DNA from: Candidatus Latescibacterota bacterium
Lineage (GTDB): Bacteria > Latescibacterota > UBA2968 > UBA8231
Assembly: GCA_965208105.1 (NCBI GenBank)
Contig: OZ242318.1
Span: 1,056,001 to 1,120,000 of the forward strand
Direction of reading: 5' to 3'
Length of the DNA: 64,000 nucleotides
The translations under genes and the position numbers were made by a program. Of the stretch, positions 54,391 through 64,000 are shown in pieces; the first letter of the stretch is position 1, and each line of letters opens with the position of its first letter. The notes beneath the pieces were generated by a model. It did not search any database, was not told the origin of the DNA, and saw only the letters and a list, made by a program, of their open reading frames with translations.

Positions 54391-55401
54391 ATGTTCGACT
54401 ACCTCTACATCGAGGAAGCGGTCCTCGACCACCCGCGCACCAGAGAGATCCGCGCCCGCTTTCCCCACGCCACCGCCGTTCCTTGCAGGCACTACGGGGA
54501 GGTCTTCAACCCCCGGGCCCAGAACTTCCGCCTGCAGAAGAAGCGGCCCGCCCTCGTCCTGGCGCGCAAGGAGGGACGCCTGGTGCTGGAGGCCCCTCCC
54601 GGCTACGGCATCGGAGGCGAGCGCAACTACTACTTCTCGCACATGCTCAACTGCGTCTACGATTGCCGCTACTGCTTCCTGCAGGGGATGTACCGCTCCG
54701 CCCACATGGTGGTCTTCGTCAACTACGAGGACTTTCAGAAGGCCATCGCCGAAAAGGTGGGACAGGATGAGGACCCCCCTCCCTACTTCTTCTCCGGCTA
54801 CGACTGCGACAGCCTGGCCCTCGACGCCATCACCTCCTTCGCCGGCAGCTTCCTGGGCTTCTTCGCCGCGCTGCCCGGCGCCCGGCTGGAGCTGCGCACC
54901 AAGAGCGTCCGGGTCAAGCCCCTGCTCCAGGCCCGCGCGCTGGCCAACTGCATCGTGGCCTACAGCCTGACCCCGCCTGCCGTCGCCGCCGCGCTCGAGG
55001 TGGGCGCGCCCCCCGTCGGCCGCCGCCTCGGCGCCATGCGGCAGTTGCAGCAGCGCGGCTGGCCCCTGGGCCTGCGCTTCGACCCCCTGATCTGCCACCA
55101 GGGCTGGGAGGAGAGCTACCGCCGGCTCTTCGCCGATGCTTTCGCCGCTCTCGACCCCGCCCGCCTGCACTCGGTGAGCCTGGGCTCCTTCCGACTGCCG
55201 CGGGAGCACTACAAGCGCATCTTCCAGCTCTTCCCCGAGGAGAAGCTGTTCTCCTGGGGCCTCGAGGAGAAGGACGGCATGGTTTCCTACAAGGAGGAGA
55301 CGGGCCGGGCAATGGAGGAGTTCTGCACCCGCGAACTCCTGCGCTACATCGCGCCGGAGATCCTCTTCCCGTGCCACCCGGGGGACGGCCCGGCAGCATG
55401 A
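54391..55401 (+). CDS. Spore photoproduct lyase-like radical SAM protein
   Basis: NCVYDCRYCFLQG, VFVNYED, ELRTKS, LRFDPL, SLGSFR. Confidence 0.85.
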   Translation: MFDYLYIEEAVLDHPRTREIRARFPHATAVPCRHYGEVFNPRAQNFRLQKKRPALVLARKEGRLVLEAPPGYGIGGERNYYFSHMLNCVYDCRYCFLQGMYRSAHMVVFVNYEDFQKAIAEKVGQDEDPPPYFFSGYDCDSLALDAITSFAGSFLGFFAALPGARLELRTKSVRVKPLLQARALANCIVAYSLTPPAVAAALEVGAPPVGRRLGAMRQLQQRGWPLGLRFDPLICHQGWEESYRRLFADAFAALDPARLHSVSLGSFRLPREHYKRIFQLFPEEKLFSWGLEEKDGMVSYKEETGRAMEEFCTRELLRYIAPEILFPCHPGDGPAA

Positions 55402-56117
55402 CCGTCCTCGTAACCGGAGCCAGTTCGGGGATAGGCCGCGCCATCTGCGAGCGGCTGCTGGATGAAGGACGCCGGGTCGTGGGTCTCGCCCGCGACTTCA
55501 GCAAGTTCCCCTGCGACCACCCTGGATTCGAGACCCACCGCGCCGACCTGGCCGATCTGCAGGCCCTGCCGGCCGTCCTCGGGAAACTGGAGCGCGCCTA
55601 TCCCGGGATCGAGGCGCTGATCTGCAACGCGGGCCAGGGGCGCTTCGGCGAACTGGAGCAGTTCTCCCTGGACCAGATCAGGGAGCTGATGGACCTCAAC
55701 TTCACCAGCCACGCCTTCCTGGTGCGGACCTTCCTGCCCCGCCTGAAAAGGGCGGGGCGCGGGCACCTGGTCTTCATGGGGTCGGAGGCGGCGCTGAGCG
55801 GCGCCCGCAAAGGCTCGGTCTACTGCGCCAGCAAATTCGCCCTGCGCGGCTTCGCCCAGTCCCTGCGCCTGGAGTGCGCCGGCGCCGGGGTCAGCGTCAC
55901 CCTGGTCAACCCGGGCATGGTCGAGACCCCCTTCTACGAGGGCATGGGGTTCGCCCCCGGCCCCGACCCCGCCTGCCACATCCTGCCCGCCGACGTCGCC
56001 GAGGTTGTATCCACCATTCTGCAGGCGAGGCCGGGAACCGTCTTCGACGAGATCAATCTTTCGCCGCAGAAACGGGTAATCGACTTCGGGACCGGAAAGA
56101 AAGAGGATGGGAGCTGA
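55398..56117 (+). CDS. Short-chain dehydrogenase/reductase
   Basis: TGASSGIG, CNAG, YCASK, NPGMVET; ATGA overlap with upstream gene. Confidence 0.92.
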   Translation: MTVLVTGASSGIGRAICERLLDEGRRVVGLARDFSKFPCDHPGFETHRADLADLQALPAVLGKLERAYPGIEALICNAGQGRFGELEQFSLDQIRELMDLNFTSHAFLVRTFLPRLKRAGRGHLVFMGSEAALSGARKGSVYCASKFALRGFAQSLRLECAGAGVSVTLVNPGMVETPFYEGMGFAPGPDPACHILPADVAEVVSTILQARPGTVFDEINLSPQKRVIDFGTGKKEDGS

Positions 56118-57006
56118 CCTGCCGCGGGAAGGCCGGGGCCGGCATACCCGGCGGCTGAGAAAGGGCGGGAACATTGCCCCGGCGATCAGGAACTACGCCC
56201 TGGTCGCCGCGCTGATCTGCAGCCAGGTCGCCGGCTGCGCCGCCGCGCGCCACCGCCTGGGCTTTGCCCTGGTTCCGGTGGAGACCGAGATCGCCATCGG
56301 CGCCAGGATCGCCGCACGCATCGAGGCGCAGGAGAAGGTCCTGCCCCTGCCCAGGGTGCAGGAATACCTGCGGCAGATCGGCTGGCGGCTGGTGCAGCCC
56401 AGCCTGAGGGACCGCTCCGGCATCCGCTACCGGTTCATCGTCCTGGACGATGCCCGGCAGGTCAATGCCTTCGCCGTTCCCGGGGGCCACATCTACGTCT
56501 ATTCCGGGCTTCTTCTCGCCGCCGGGGACGAGGCCGAGGTGGCCGGAGTCCTCGCCCACGAGATCGGCCACGTGGTGGGCCGCCACGGCGCCAACCAGCT
56601 CGCCGCGCAACTGGGCATTTCCCTCCTCACCCGCCTGGCCCTGGGCGAAAATCCGGCGCAGCTGGCGGACATCGCCGTCGACTGGGGAAGCACGGGGGCC
56701 CTGCGGCGCTTCAGCCGCGACGACGAGCACCAGGCCGACGGCTTCGGGGTGGCCTACGCCATCGCCGCCGGCTACGACCCCAGGGGGCTGCTCGCCTTCT
56801 TCGAGAGGCTGCAGAAGATGGAGCGCGGCAAGCGCAGTCCCTGGGAGAACCTGCTGGCCACCCATCCTCCCACCGCCGAGCGCATTCGCCGCATCGAGGA
56901 GATGATCGTCAGGGCGGGAAGCCCCGAAGGCCGGAGATACAAGGAGCGCTACGCCAGGGAGACAGCCGTTCTGAGGAGGGACTTTCAGGCGCTCTTGCAG
57001 CCCTGA
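56107..57006 (+). CDS. M48-family Zn metalloprotease (BepA/LoiP-like)
   Basis: VNAFAVPGG, LAHEIGH, SRDDEHQAD, THPP..ERI; start uncertain. Confidence 0.9.
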   Translation: MGADLPREGRGRHTRRLRKGGNIAPAIRNYALVAALICSQVAGCAAARHRLGFALVPVETEIAIGARIAARIEAQEKVLPLPRVQEYLRQIGWRLVQPSLRDRSGIRYRFIVLDDARQVNAFAVPGGHIYVYSGLLLAAGDEAEVAGVLAHEIGHVVGRHGANQLAAQLGISLLTRLALGENPAQLADIAVDWGSTGALRRFSRDDEHQADGFGVAYAIAAGYDPRGLLAFFERLQKMERGKRSPWENLLATHPPTAERIRRIEEMIVRAGSPEGRRYKERYARETAVLRRDFQALLQP

Positions 57007-57830
57007 GGGGTTTCCCGCCAGCGCTCCAGGTAGGGCTCCATCTCCGCCAGCAGCTCGAGGTTGTTCCTCTTGCGGGCCCCATTGCAGACGATGCCCGCCT
57101 TCTCCAGCAGCACCCGCCGCGCCGCTTCGCGCTTCCCGGGGCTCAACTCCGCCGACTGCAGCAGCTTGTCCAGGGCGCGCACCCTGAAGCGGTCCATGGC
57201 GGGATAGGCGCGCGAAAGCTGGTCCTCGTGGCCGCCGTACTTGACCAGCAGCGGCTCTTCCAGGAAGGCGACGCGATAGCGCCAGGCGATGCGCAGGAAA
57301 AGCTCGTAGTCCTCGCAAACCGGAAGGGTCTCGTCGAAGGGGCCGACGCGCTCGAGGACATCCCGGTGCAGCAGGATGGAGGAAGGGGACATGATGCAGC
57401 GCGGCAGGGCCTCGAGGAAGATATCGCCGCCGGTTTTGCGGTGGTGCTTGCGCGGATTGACCCGCACCCCCCTGCGGATCCAGATTTCCTCGGTGTGACA
57501 GACGGCAAGGCGGGTTGCCCGCAGCGCCTCCATCTGCTTCTCCAGCTTCGTCGGCAGCCACTCGTCGTCCGAGTCGAGGAAGGCCAGCCATTCCCCTCTC
57601 GCCGCCTCCATGGCGCGGTTGCGCGCGGCCGACACTCCCCGGTTGCGCGGCTGCACCAGCAAGCGCACGGAGGAGCCGAAGGCGGCGCGGATCGAATCTC
57701 CGCTGCCGTCGTCCGATCCGTCGTCCACCACGATCACCTCGCGCTCGGTCCAGGTCTGCGCCAGCGCCGAGCGGATCGCCCTGCCCACCACCTCGCGGCG
57801 GTTGTACACGGGTATGACCACGGATATCAT
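56985..57830 (-). CDS. Glycosyltransferase family 2
   Basis: SVVIPVYN, VDDGSDD, GVSAARN, FLDSDD, CEDYEL. Confidence 0.93.
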   Translation of the reverse strand: MISVVIPVYNRREVVGRAIRSALAQTWTEREVIVVDDGSDDGSGDSIRAAFGSSVRLLVQPRNRGVSAARNRAMEAARGEWLAFLDSDDEWLPTKLEKQMEALRATRLAVCHTEEIWIRRGVRVNPRKHHRKTGGDIFLEALPRCIMSPSSILLHRDVLERVGPFDETLPVCEDYELFLRIAWRYRVAFLEEPLLVKYGGHEDQLSRAYPAMDRFRVRALDKLLQSAELSPGKREAARRVLLEKAGIVCNGARKRNNLELLAEMEPYLERWRETPQGCKSA

Positions 57831-57898
57831 GGAAGGCCCAGATTCAAGGTGGCCGGCCTCCGGCCCGGGCTTTCCCCGGCGGAGGTCCGGTCACGCCC

Positions 57899-60070
57899 TC
57901 AGGTTCCCCGGCGGGGGCCGGCCGCGGCGGTCTCCTCCAGCTTCTTCAGCACCAGCCCGGTGGTCAGGATCTCCGGCAGCACAACGGGCTCGCCGGAGCG
58001 CCCTCCCGGGAAGATCACGTAGAGGGGCACCGCCGAGCGCCCGAAGGATTGCAGCCAGCGGGTGATTTCGGCGTCGCGATGGGTCCAGTCGGCCTTGACC
58101 AGGGCCACGTCCAGCTCGGCGAACCGGGCGCGCACCCGGGGGTCGGCCAGCACCACCCGCTCGTTCACCTTGCAGGTCCAGCACCACTCCGCGGTGAAGT
58201 CGATGAACACGTGGCGGCCGGCATCGAGCAGCTCCTCCAGCCCCGCACTCGAAAAGGGCTGCCAGGCGAGCGGACCCTCTCCAACAGGGTCCGAGGGCAC
58301 GCGCTCCTGCTCCAGCGCCGGACGGAGGAATATTGCGTAGGCGGCGGCCACGATAGCGGCCGCCGCGCCGCGGGCGACCCAGCGCCGCACCTTGCTGCTG
58401 CCCAGGTCCACCCACTGCCCCAGGATCCAGCAGGCCAGAGCGGCGCAGAGCAGGAAGGCCCCGGTCCAGACGACGCCCTCCAGCCCAACCTGATGGCCCA
58501 GGACCCACAACAGCCACAGGACGGTGGCCATGAGGAGGAAGCCCATGAGCTGCTTGAAGAGCTCCATCCAGGCCCCGGGGCGGGGCAGGAAACGCATCCA
58601 GGACGGCTCCAGAGCCAGGACCAGGTAGGGCAGGGCCATTCCCGCGCCGATGGCGGCGAAGATAGCCCAGACGAAAGCGCCGGGCTGGGAGAAGGCAAAG
58701 CCCAGGGCCGTTCCCAGGAAGGGGGCGCTGCATGGGGTGGCCAGGATGGTTGCAAGGACCCCGTTGAGGAAACTGCCGGCCAGGCCCTGGCGCCCGGCCG
58801 CGGCCTGCAGCCCCGCCCCGCTGCCGGGCAGCCGCACGCTGAACACTCCGAAGAGGCTGAGGCCGAGGACGAAGACGAGGGCGGCCATGGCCGCCACGAA
58901 GCCGGGATACTGGAACTGGAAGCCCCAGCCGATCTGCTCGCCGCCGCGCTTGAGCAGGACGACGAGGGCGGCCAGGACCAGGAAGGTGGCCACGATCCCC
59001 GCCGCGAAGGCGAGGCCCAGATGGCGGGTGCGGCGGCGCTCCTCCCCGGCCTGGGCGACCAGGCCCAGGACCTTGAGAGAGATCACCGGCAGCACGCAGG
59101 GCATGAGATTGAGGACGAGGCCGCCCAGCGCCGCCAGAAGCAGGTAGAATGCCAGGGAGCCGGGAAAACCGGCGCCGGTTGCGGAGGCGAAATTCGGGCC
59201 CCCCGGCAGGGAAGCCGCGGCCAGGTCCAGATCGACCTCCCCGAAGCGAGTTTCCTCCTCTCCCGGGAAGCGGTAGAGTACCACCCCTCGCAGTGAACCC
59301 GGGTCCTGGCCGCCAGGCGGCTCCAGTGCGAAGCGCAGCCGGACCCGTCCGTCCTCTTCGGAAAGCTGCGCCGGACCGACCGCCGGGGCCGCGGCGCCGA
59401 AGGGAAAGAAGTCCACCACCTGCGGCTCGGGCCCGGGGCCCTGTGCGCCCCGGGCAACCGCCAGGTCCACCCGCATCCCGGCGGCACCCCCGAGCACCCG
59501 GTAGTCGAGGCGCAGGTCCGGCGCCAGGGGCTGTGGGACCCGCGCCGCGAAGCGTTCGAATACCTCCTGGTTGGCGGGGGCGGCCGCGCCCGTATCCACC
59601 GGCAGGTCGAGGGCCACGGTGGCCTCTCCCGGAATGCAGACCTCCCTGCACACCAGCCAGGAAACCTCCGCGGCAAAGCTCACGGTGGAATCCGCCGGCA
59701 GCAGCGGCGGCGGGGTTACCGGGGCGATCAGCACCACCTCGCCGGCATAGCCGTACACGGTGAGGCCGCCCTCTTCGCTGTACCTGGAGGGCAGGGGCCA
59801 TTGCAGGGGAGGGGCCTCGTAACCCGGGGGCATGCGCCAGTCGACCTCGGTTGGCAGCCCCGCGGCCCCGCTGAATTTCCAGTAGGTGTGCCAGCCCTCC
59901 TCCATGCGCAACTCGACGCCCAGGCGCAGAGGGCGCCCGGGTACGACGGTCTCGACGTCGGCCAGGAGCCGGGCCGCTACAGGGTGGTGACCGGCGGCGG
60001 AGGCGTGGAGAGCGGCGGTAGCGCCCGGCCCCAGCAGGAGGGCAAGAACCAGGGGGGCAAGGACGGTCAT
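57899..60070 (-). CDS. dsbD: DsbD-like thiol:disulfide interchange protein
   Basis: GWHTYW, VCREVCIP, LNLMPCVLPV, ATPCSAP, WCWTC thioredoxin. Confidence 0.9.
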   Translation of the reverse strand: MTVLAPLVLALLLGPGATAALHASAAGHHPVAARLLADVETVVPGRPLRLGVELRMEEGWHTYWKFSGAAGLPTEVDWRMPPGYEAPPLQWPLPSRYSEEGGLTVYGYAGEVVLIAPVTPPPLLPADSTVSFAAEVSWLVCREVCIPGEATVALDLPVDTGAAAPANQEVFERFAARVPQPLAPDLRLDYRVLGGAAGMRVDLAVARGAQGPGPEPQVVDFFPFGAAAPAVGPAQLSEEDGRVRLRFALEPPGGQDPGSLRGVVLYRFPGEEETRFGEVDLDLAAASLPGGPNFASATGAGFPGSLAFYLLLAALGGLVLNLMPCVLPVISLKVLGLVAQAGEERRRTRHLGLAFAAGIVATFLVLAALVVLLKRGGEQIGWGFQFQYPGFVAAMAALVFVLGLSLFGVFSVRLPGSGAGLQAAAGRQGLAGSFLNGVLATILATPCSAPFLGTALGFAFSQPGAFVWAIFAAIGAGMALPYLVLALEPSWMRFLPRPGAWMELFKQLMGFLLMATVLWLLWVLGHQVGLEGVVWTGAFLLCAALACWILGQWVDLGSSKVRRWVARGAAAAIVAAAYAIFLRPALEQERVPSDPVGEGPLAWQPFSSAGLEELLDAGRHVFIDFTAEWCWTCKVNERVVLADPRVRARFAELDVALVKADWTHRDAEITRWLQSFGRSAVPLYVIFPGGRSGEPVVLPEILTTGLVLKKLEETAAAGPRRGT

Positions 60071-60696
60071 GGCGCAGCCGGCGATCCCGGGAGATCGGCC
60101 GCGGCGGCGCGGCAGACCCGCTCCATGTCGATCACCTTGCAGCCCAGGCGCGCCGCGGCTTTGCGCAGCTCCTCCCCCTTGGCCGCGTCTCCCTCGGAGG
60201 TGAGCACCTCCGACATGGCCACCGCCGGGAAGAGTCCCGCCAGCCGCGCCAGCTCCACCGATCCCTCGGTGTGTCCCTGGCGCTCGCGCAGGCCGCCGCG
60301 GCGCGCCGCCAGGGGCAGCACGTGGCCGGGTATGACGAAGTCGTCGGGGCCGGACTGCGGGGAGATGGCCCGGCGGATGGTGAGGGCGCGGTCGGCGGCC
60401 GAGATCCCGGTGCCGATGCCGCGGCGGGCGTCGAAGGGCAGGCCGAAGCGCGGCGTCACCTTGCCGCCGTGGCGCGGGCTGATCAGGGGGATGCCGAGCT
60501 GCTCGAGATGGGCCTCGGTGGTGGCGAAATGGAACATGCCCCGCGCCGCGCTGAGCATGACGTTCACCTTCTCGCCGGTGACGAACTCGGCCGCCAGCAG
60601 GAGGTCGCCCTCGTCCTCCCGCTCGCGGTCGTCCATCAGGACCAGGAACTCTCCCCGGCGCAGGTCCTCTAAGGCTTCTTCCAGGCTGCAGAACAT
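60067..60696 (-). CDS. ribB: 3,4-dihydroxy-2-butanone 4-phosphate synthase
   Basis: DDREREDEGD, TGISAADRA, PGHVLPL, GHTEGSVELARLAG. Confidence 0.9.
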   Translation of the reverse strand: MFCSLEEALEDLRRGEFLVLMDDREREDEGDLLLAAEFVTGEKVNVMLSAARGMFHFATTEAHLEQLGIPLISPRHGGKVTPRFGLPFDARRGIGTGISAADRALTIRRAISPQSGPDDFVIPGHVLPLAARRGGLRERQGHTEGSVELARLAGLFPAVAMSEVLTSEGDAAKGEELRKAAARLGCKVIDMERVCRAAAADLPGSPAAP

Positions 60697-60702
60697 GCGC
60701 TC

Positions 60703-62007
60703 CTACTCTTCCATTTCAATGTGCGCTCCCAGGCCGATTAGGTCCTCGAAGAACGCCGGATAGGACTTGGCGACGTTTTCGGCGTCGAGCACGGTGAGGC
60801 CGCGGCGGCAGCGCAGCCCCACGATGGCCAGCATCTGGGCGACGCGGTGGTCGTGGTGCGACGCCACCTCCACCCCTCCCTCGTAGCCGGCGGGACGTCC
60901 GCGCACCAGGATCTCCGCCGGTCCCTCCGCGCAATCGACTCCTACCCTGCCGAGCTCGCGCACGGGAGCGGAGATGCGGTCGCACTCCTTGTGGCGCATA
61001 TTGCCGATGCCGTAGAACCGGCTCTCCCCCTCGGCCATACTCGCCACCGCCACCATGGCCAGCACCATGTCGGTGGCCACGTCGCCGTCGAACTCCACCC
61101 CCCTGAGCCCGCGGTGGCCTCCGAGCCGGACCTCGCCGCCGCCGTATCCCACCTCGACCCCCATTCGCCGCAAAAGCGGGACCACGGCGCGCTCTCCCTG
61201 GCTGTCCTCGAAGAGGCGGTCCACCGCGATGGCGCTGTTGGTGAGCGCACCCGCGGCCAGGACCGCCGCCGCCGATGGGTAGTCCCCGTTGACGGTGTAC
61301 TCCCGGGGCTGGTATTCCTGGCCCCCGGCAACGGCGAAGCGGAGGAGATCGTCCGCCGCCTCCACCTCGATCCCCGCCTGGCGCAGCACCTCCAGGGTGG
61401 TGCGCACCAGCGGCTTCGACACCAGCCCGTCCCTGACCTCGATCTCCACGTCGGCTCCCACCAGGGGCGCCAGAAACAGCAGTGAACTCAGGTACTGGGA
61501 GGTGGTTGCGCCGCTCACCACCACCCTGCCGCCGCGCAGCTTGCCGCCGCGCAGCACGATGGGCAGACGGCCGCCGTCGGACTCGCTCTCCACCCCCATC
61601 TGCTCCAGGGCCGCCAGCAGGTCTCCGTGGGGCCTGCGCCCCAGGGATTCCCGGTGGCGGGTGGTGAAGGTCACCCGGGGAAGCAGCGCCCCGACCCCCA
61701 TTAGCAGACGCGCCACCGTCCCGGCGTTTCCCGGATCCACCACACCCGGAGCTGAAGGAGCGCGGCCGAACCCGCGCACCCGCAGGCGGCGTCCGCCGCC
61801 TGCGCCGCGGCTCTCCTCGATCTCGGCGCCGAAGCGGCGCAGGCAGCGCACCATGGCCTCGGCGTCCTCGCTGCGGGCGGGATGATGCACCACGCTCTCC
61901 CCCTCAGACAGGGCAGCCGCCAGCAGGTAGCGGGTGGTGTAGTTCTTCGAGGAGGGTGGACTCAGCCGCCCCGCAAGGCGCTCCGAGTAATGTACTTTGG
62001 CCTTCAT
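60703..62007 (-). CDS. aroA: 3-phosphoshikimate 1-carboxyvinyltransferase
   Basis: PSSKNYTTR, GNAGT, SQYLS, RHKECDRI, DHRVA, VAKSYP.F. Confidence 0.93.
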   Translation of the reverse strand: MKAKVHYSERLAGRLSPPSSKNYTTRYLLAAALSEGESVVHHPARSEDAEAMVRCLRRFGAEIEESRGAGGGRRLRVRGFGRAPSAPGVVDPGNAGTVARLLMGVGALLPRVTFTTRHRESLGRRPHGDLLAALEQMGVESESDGGRLPIVLRGGKLRGGRVVVSGATTSQYLSSLLFLAPLVGADVEIEVRDGLVSKPLVRTTLEVLRQAGIEVEAADDLLRFAVAGGQEYQPREYTVNGDYPSAAAVLAAGALTNSAIAVDRLFEDSQGERAVVPLLRRMGVEVGYGGGEVRLGGHRGLRGVEFDGDVATDMVLAMVAVASMAEGESRFYGIGNMRHKECDRISAPVRELGRVGVDCAEGPAEILVRGRPAGYEGGVEVASHHDHRVAQMLAIVGLRCRRGLTVLDAENVAKSYPAFFEDLIGLGAHIEMEE

Positions 62008-62084
62008 TCAATCCGTGCTTTTTCTCTTGAAGATAACCAAAGGGATGGTCAGTCGCTACTTGCCCGCAAGGCCCCGATCCGCTC

Positions 62085-62112
62085 TTGACAGGTGGGGAAA
62101 CCTGCCTTTAAT
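62085..62112 (+). promoter_or_regulatory. Sigma70-type promoter for sox operon
   Basis: TTGACA-N16-TTTAAT. Confidence 0.5.
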
Positions 62113-62151
62113 CTATCCCACTGCAACGCAGCGAATCCCCCGCAAACACCT

Positions 62152-63390
62152 ATGCCCTTGAAGCTGATCCGCCAGGCCCTCACCCCCCGCCGTCAGCCGC
62201 CGCGCATGTGGCGCAAGCGCGAACTGGCCCCCAGCTACGACGTGGTCATCATCGGCGGCGGCGCCCACGGCCTCGCCTGCGCCTACTACCTGGCCGCCGA
62301 GCACGGCATCACCAGCGTCGCCGTCCTCGACAAAAGCTACATCGGCGCCGGGGGCAGCGGGCGCAACACCGCCATCATCCGCAGCAATTACCTGACTCCC
62401 GAGGGGGTGCTGTTCTACGACCGCAGCGTGCAGCTCTACGCCGAGATGGCGCGGCGGCTGGACTTCAACGTCATGTTCAGCCAGCGCGGCCACCTCACCC
62501 TCGCCCACAGCGACGGCGCGGTCAACACCATGCGCCGCCGCGCCGAGGTCAACCGGCTTCAGGGGGTCGATTCGCGCCTGATATGGCCCGACGAGATCGC
62601 CCGCCTCTGCCCCTGCCTGGACTTGAGCCAACGGCCGCGCTACCCCATCCTGGCGGCCCTCTACCACCCCCCCGGGGGCATCGTGCGCCACGACGCCGTG
62701 GTCTGGGGCTACGCCCGCGGCGCCGACGCCGGCGGCGTCCACATCCACCAGCACACCGAGGTGACGGGCATCGCGGTGGAGAGCGGCAAGGTGACCGGGG
62801 TGCACACCGACCGGGGCCACATCCGCACCGGCACCGTGCTCAACGCCACCGCCGGATGGGGCTCGACCATCGCCGCCATGGCCGGGGTCGACCTTCCCCT
62901 CACCACCTCGCCGCTGCAGGCCTGCGTGAGCGAGCCGCTCAAGCCCTTTCTCGACGTGGTCATCGTCTCCGGCAGCCTGCACGTCTACGTCAGCCAGTCG
63001 GACCGCGGCGAGCTGGTGATGGGGGCCAGCGTCGACCCCTTCACCTCCTACTCCATGGATTCCTCCCTCGACTTCCTCGAAGGCCTGGCGGCGCACATGC
63101 TCGAGCTCTTTCCCTCCCTGAGCCAGGTCCGCGTCCTGCGCCAGTGGGCGGGGCTCTGCGACATGACTCCCGACTTCAGTCCCATCATGGGGCTCACCCC
63201 GGTGGAGGGCTTCCTGGTCGACGTGGGATGGGGCACCTACGGATTCAAGGCGTCGCCCATCTGCGGCAAGATGTCGGCCCAACTGATCGCCAGCGGCCGC
63301 ACCCCCGAACTGATCGCTCCCTTCCGCCTGTCGCGCTTCGTCGAGCACGACCTGGTGGGCGAGAAGGGCGCCGCCTCGGTGGGGCACTAG
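62152..63390 (+). CDS. soxB: Heterotetrameric sarcosine oxidase beta subunit
   Basis: IGGGAHG, GRNTAIIRSNY, RHDAVVWGYA, GWGTYGFKA, E.GAASVGH. Confidence 0.93.
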   Translation: MPLKLIRQALTPRRQPPRMWRKRELAPSYDVVIIGGGAHGLACAYYLAAEHGITSVAVLDKSYIGAGGSGRNTAIIRSNYLTPEGVLFYDRSVQLYAEMARRLDFNVMFSQRGHLTLAHSDGAVNTMRRRAEVNRLQGVDSRLIWPDEIARLCPCLDLSQRPRYPILAALYHPPGGIVRHDAVVWGYARGADAGGVHIHQHTEVTGIAVESGKVTGVHTDRGHIRTGTVLNATAGWGSTIAAMAGVDLPLTTSPLQACVSEPLKPFLDVVIVSGSLHVYVSQSDRGELVMGASVDPFTSYSMDSSLDFLEGLAAHMLELFPSLSQVRVLRQWAGLCDMTPDFSPIMGLTPVEGFLVDVGWGTYGFKASPICGKMSAQLIASGRTPELIAPFRLSRFVEHDLVGEKGAASVGH

Positions 63391-63398
63391 GAGGGCCC

Positions 63399-63671
63399 AT
63401 GCTGGTTCTGACCTGCCCCCACTGCGGCCGCCGCAACGTCAGTGAATTCCGCTACGGCGGAGAGTACCGGCCGCGCCCCGGCGATCCCCTCGCTCCGGAA
63501 GAAGAGGATTGGGCCCGGTACCTCTACATGCGCGCCAACGTCTGGGGGGTGCAGAAGGAGTGGTGGTTCCACAACGCCGGCTGCGGCTCCTGGTTCGTGG
63601 CCGAGCGCCACACCCGCAGCAACGAGGTGATGAAGACCTACCTGCGGCCGGCGCCGGGCGGAGACTCCTGA
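63399..63671 (+). CDS. soxD: Sarcosine oxidase delta subunit
   Basis: CPHCG.R..SEFRYGGE...YLYMRAN...EWWFH..GC..WF...RHT; C-terminal part of track ORF 62208-63671. Confidence 0.92.
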   Translation: MLVLTCPHCGRRNVSEFRYGGEYRPRPGDPLAPEEEDWARYLYMRANVWGVQKEWWFHNAGCGSWFVAERHTRSNEVMKTYLRPAPGGDS

Positions 63672-64000
63672 ATGCCTGCTCCCCCATCCGGCTCTGCCGC
63701 CTCCGGACCCCGGCGCCTGCCCGCGCAGGGCGGCGAAATCATCGACCGCAGCCGCAGCTTCCAGTTCAGCTTCGAGGGCAGGAGCTATCCCGCCCATCCG
63801 GGCGACACCATCGCCTCCGCCCTGGCAGCCTCCGGGGTCCGTACCTTCAGCCGCTCCTTCAAGTACCACCGCCGCCGCGGCCTGCTGTGCTGCTCCGGCC
63901 ACTGCCCCAACTGCCTGGTGCAGGTGGGGGACGAGCCCAACGTGCGCGCCTGCCAGCGCCCGGTGCGGGAAGGACTGGCGGTCTGCGCCCAGAACGCCTG
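63672..64000 (+). CDS. soxA: Sarcosine oxidase alpha subunit, 5' part (runs off right edge)
   Basis: Manual translation ...IDRSRSFQFSFEGRSYPAHPGDTIASALAASGV...RSFKYHRRRGLLC...PNCLV. Confidence 0.88.
   Translation, partial: MPAPPSGSAASGPRRLPAQGGEIIDRSRSFQFSFEGRSYPAHPGDTIASALAASGVRTFSRSFKYHRRRGLLCCSGHCPNCLVQVGDEPNVRACQRPVREGLAVCAQNA

Noticed and set aside
1-64000. tRNA or rRNA genes
   Set aside because: None recognised by eye; intergenic gaps are short and lack T-loop/acceptor-stem patterns. Not confirmed by a tool.

Overview
GC-rich bacterial chromosome segment. Gene content (three PhyH-type dioxygenases, an ankyrin lipoprotein, a Bacteroidota-style TonB receptor/DUF4249 pair, a C-terminal SWGxLK motif) suggests an FCB-group organism such as Ca. 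Latescibacterota; this is an inference. The left ~39 kb is an accessory mosaic: catabolic enzymes, two HicA/HicB modules, IS91- and IS3-like remnants, a lower-GC island (B12 radical SAM, two-component system, TonB receptor) carrying a duplicated promoter, and an RND pump. The right ~25 kb is core genome (dnaB, udg, coaBC, cmk-like, yicC, Omp85 cluster, dapF, SPL-like cluster, dsbD, ribB, aroA, soxBDA), with two copies of a CTAG-flanked MITE inserted at stop codons. The main result is an integrase-less array of five gene cassettes at 20445-24126. The cassettes are separated by five ~90-bp attC-like sites of atypical geometry (asymmetric spacer, three-hairpin cloverleaf, two GAT cores). Joining the two array ends rebuilds a symmetrical, XerC-arm-like 11-6-11 attachment site. 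All product calls come from motif recognition by eye; no database searches were run.
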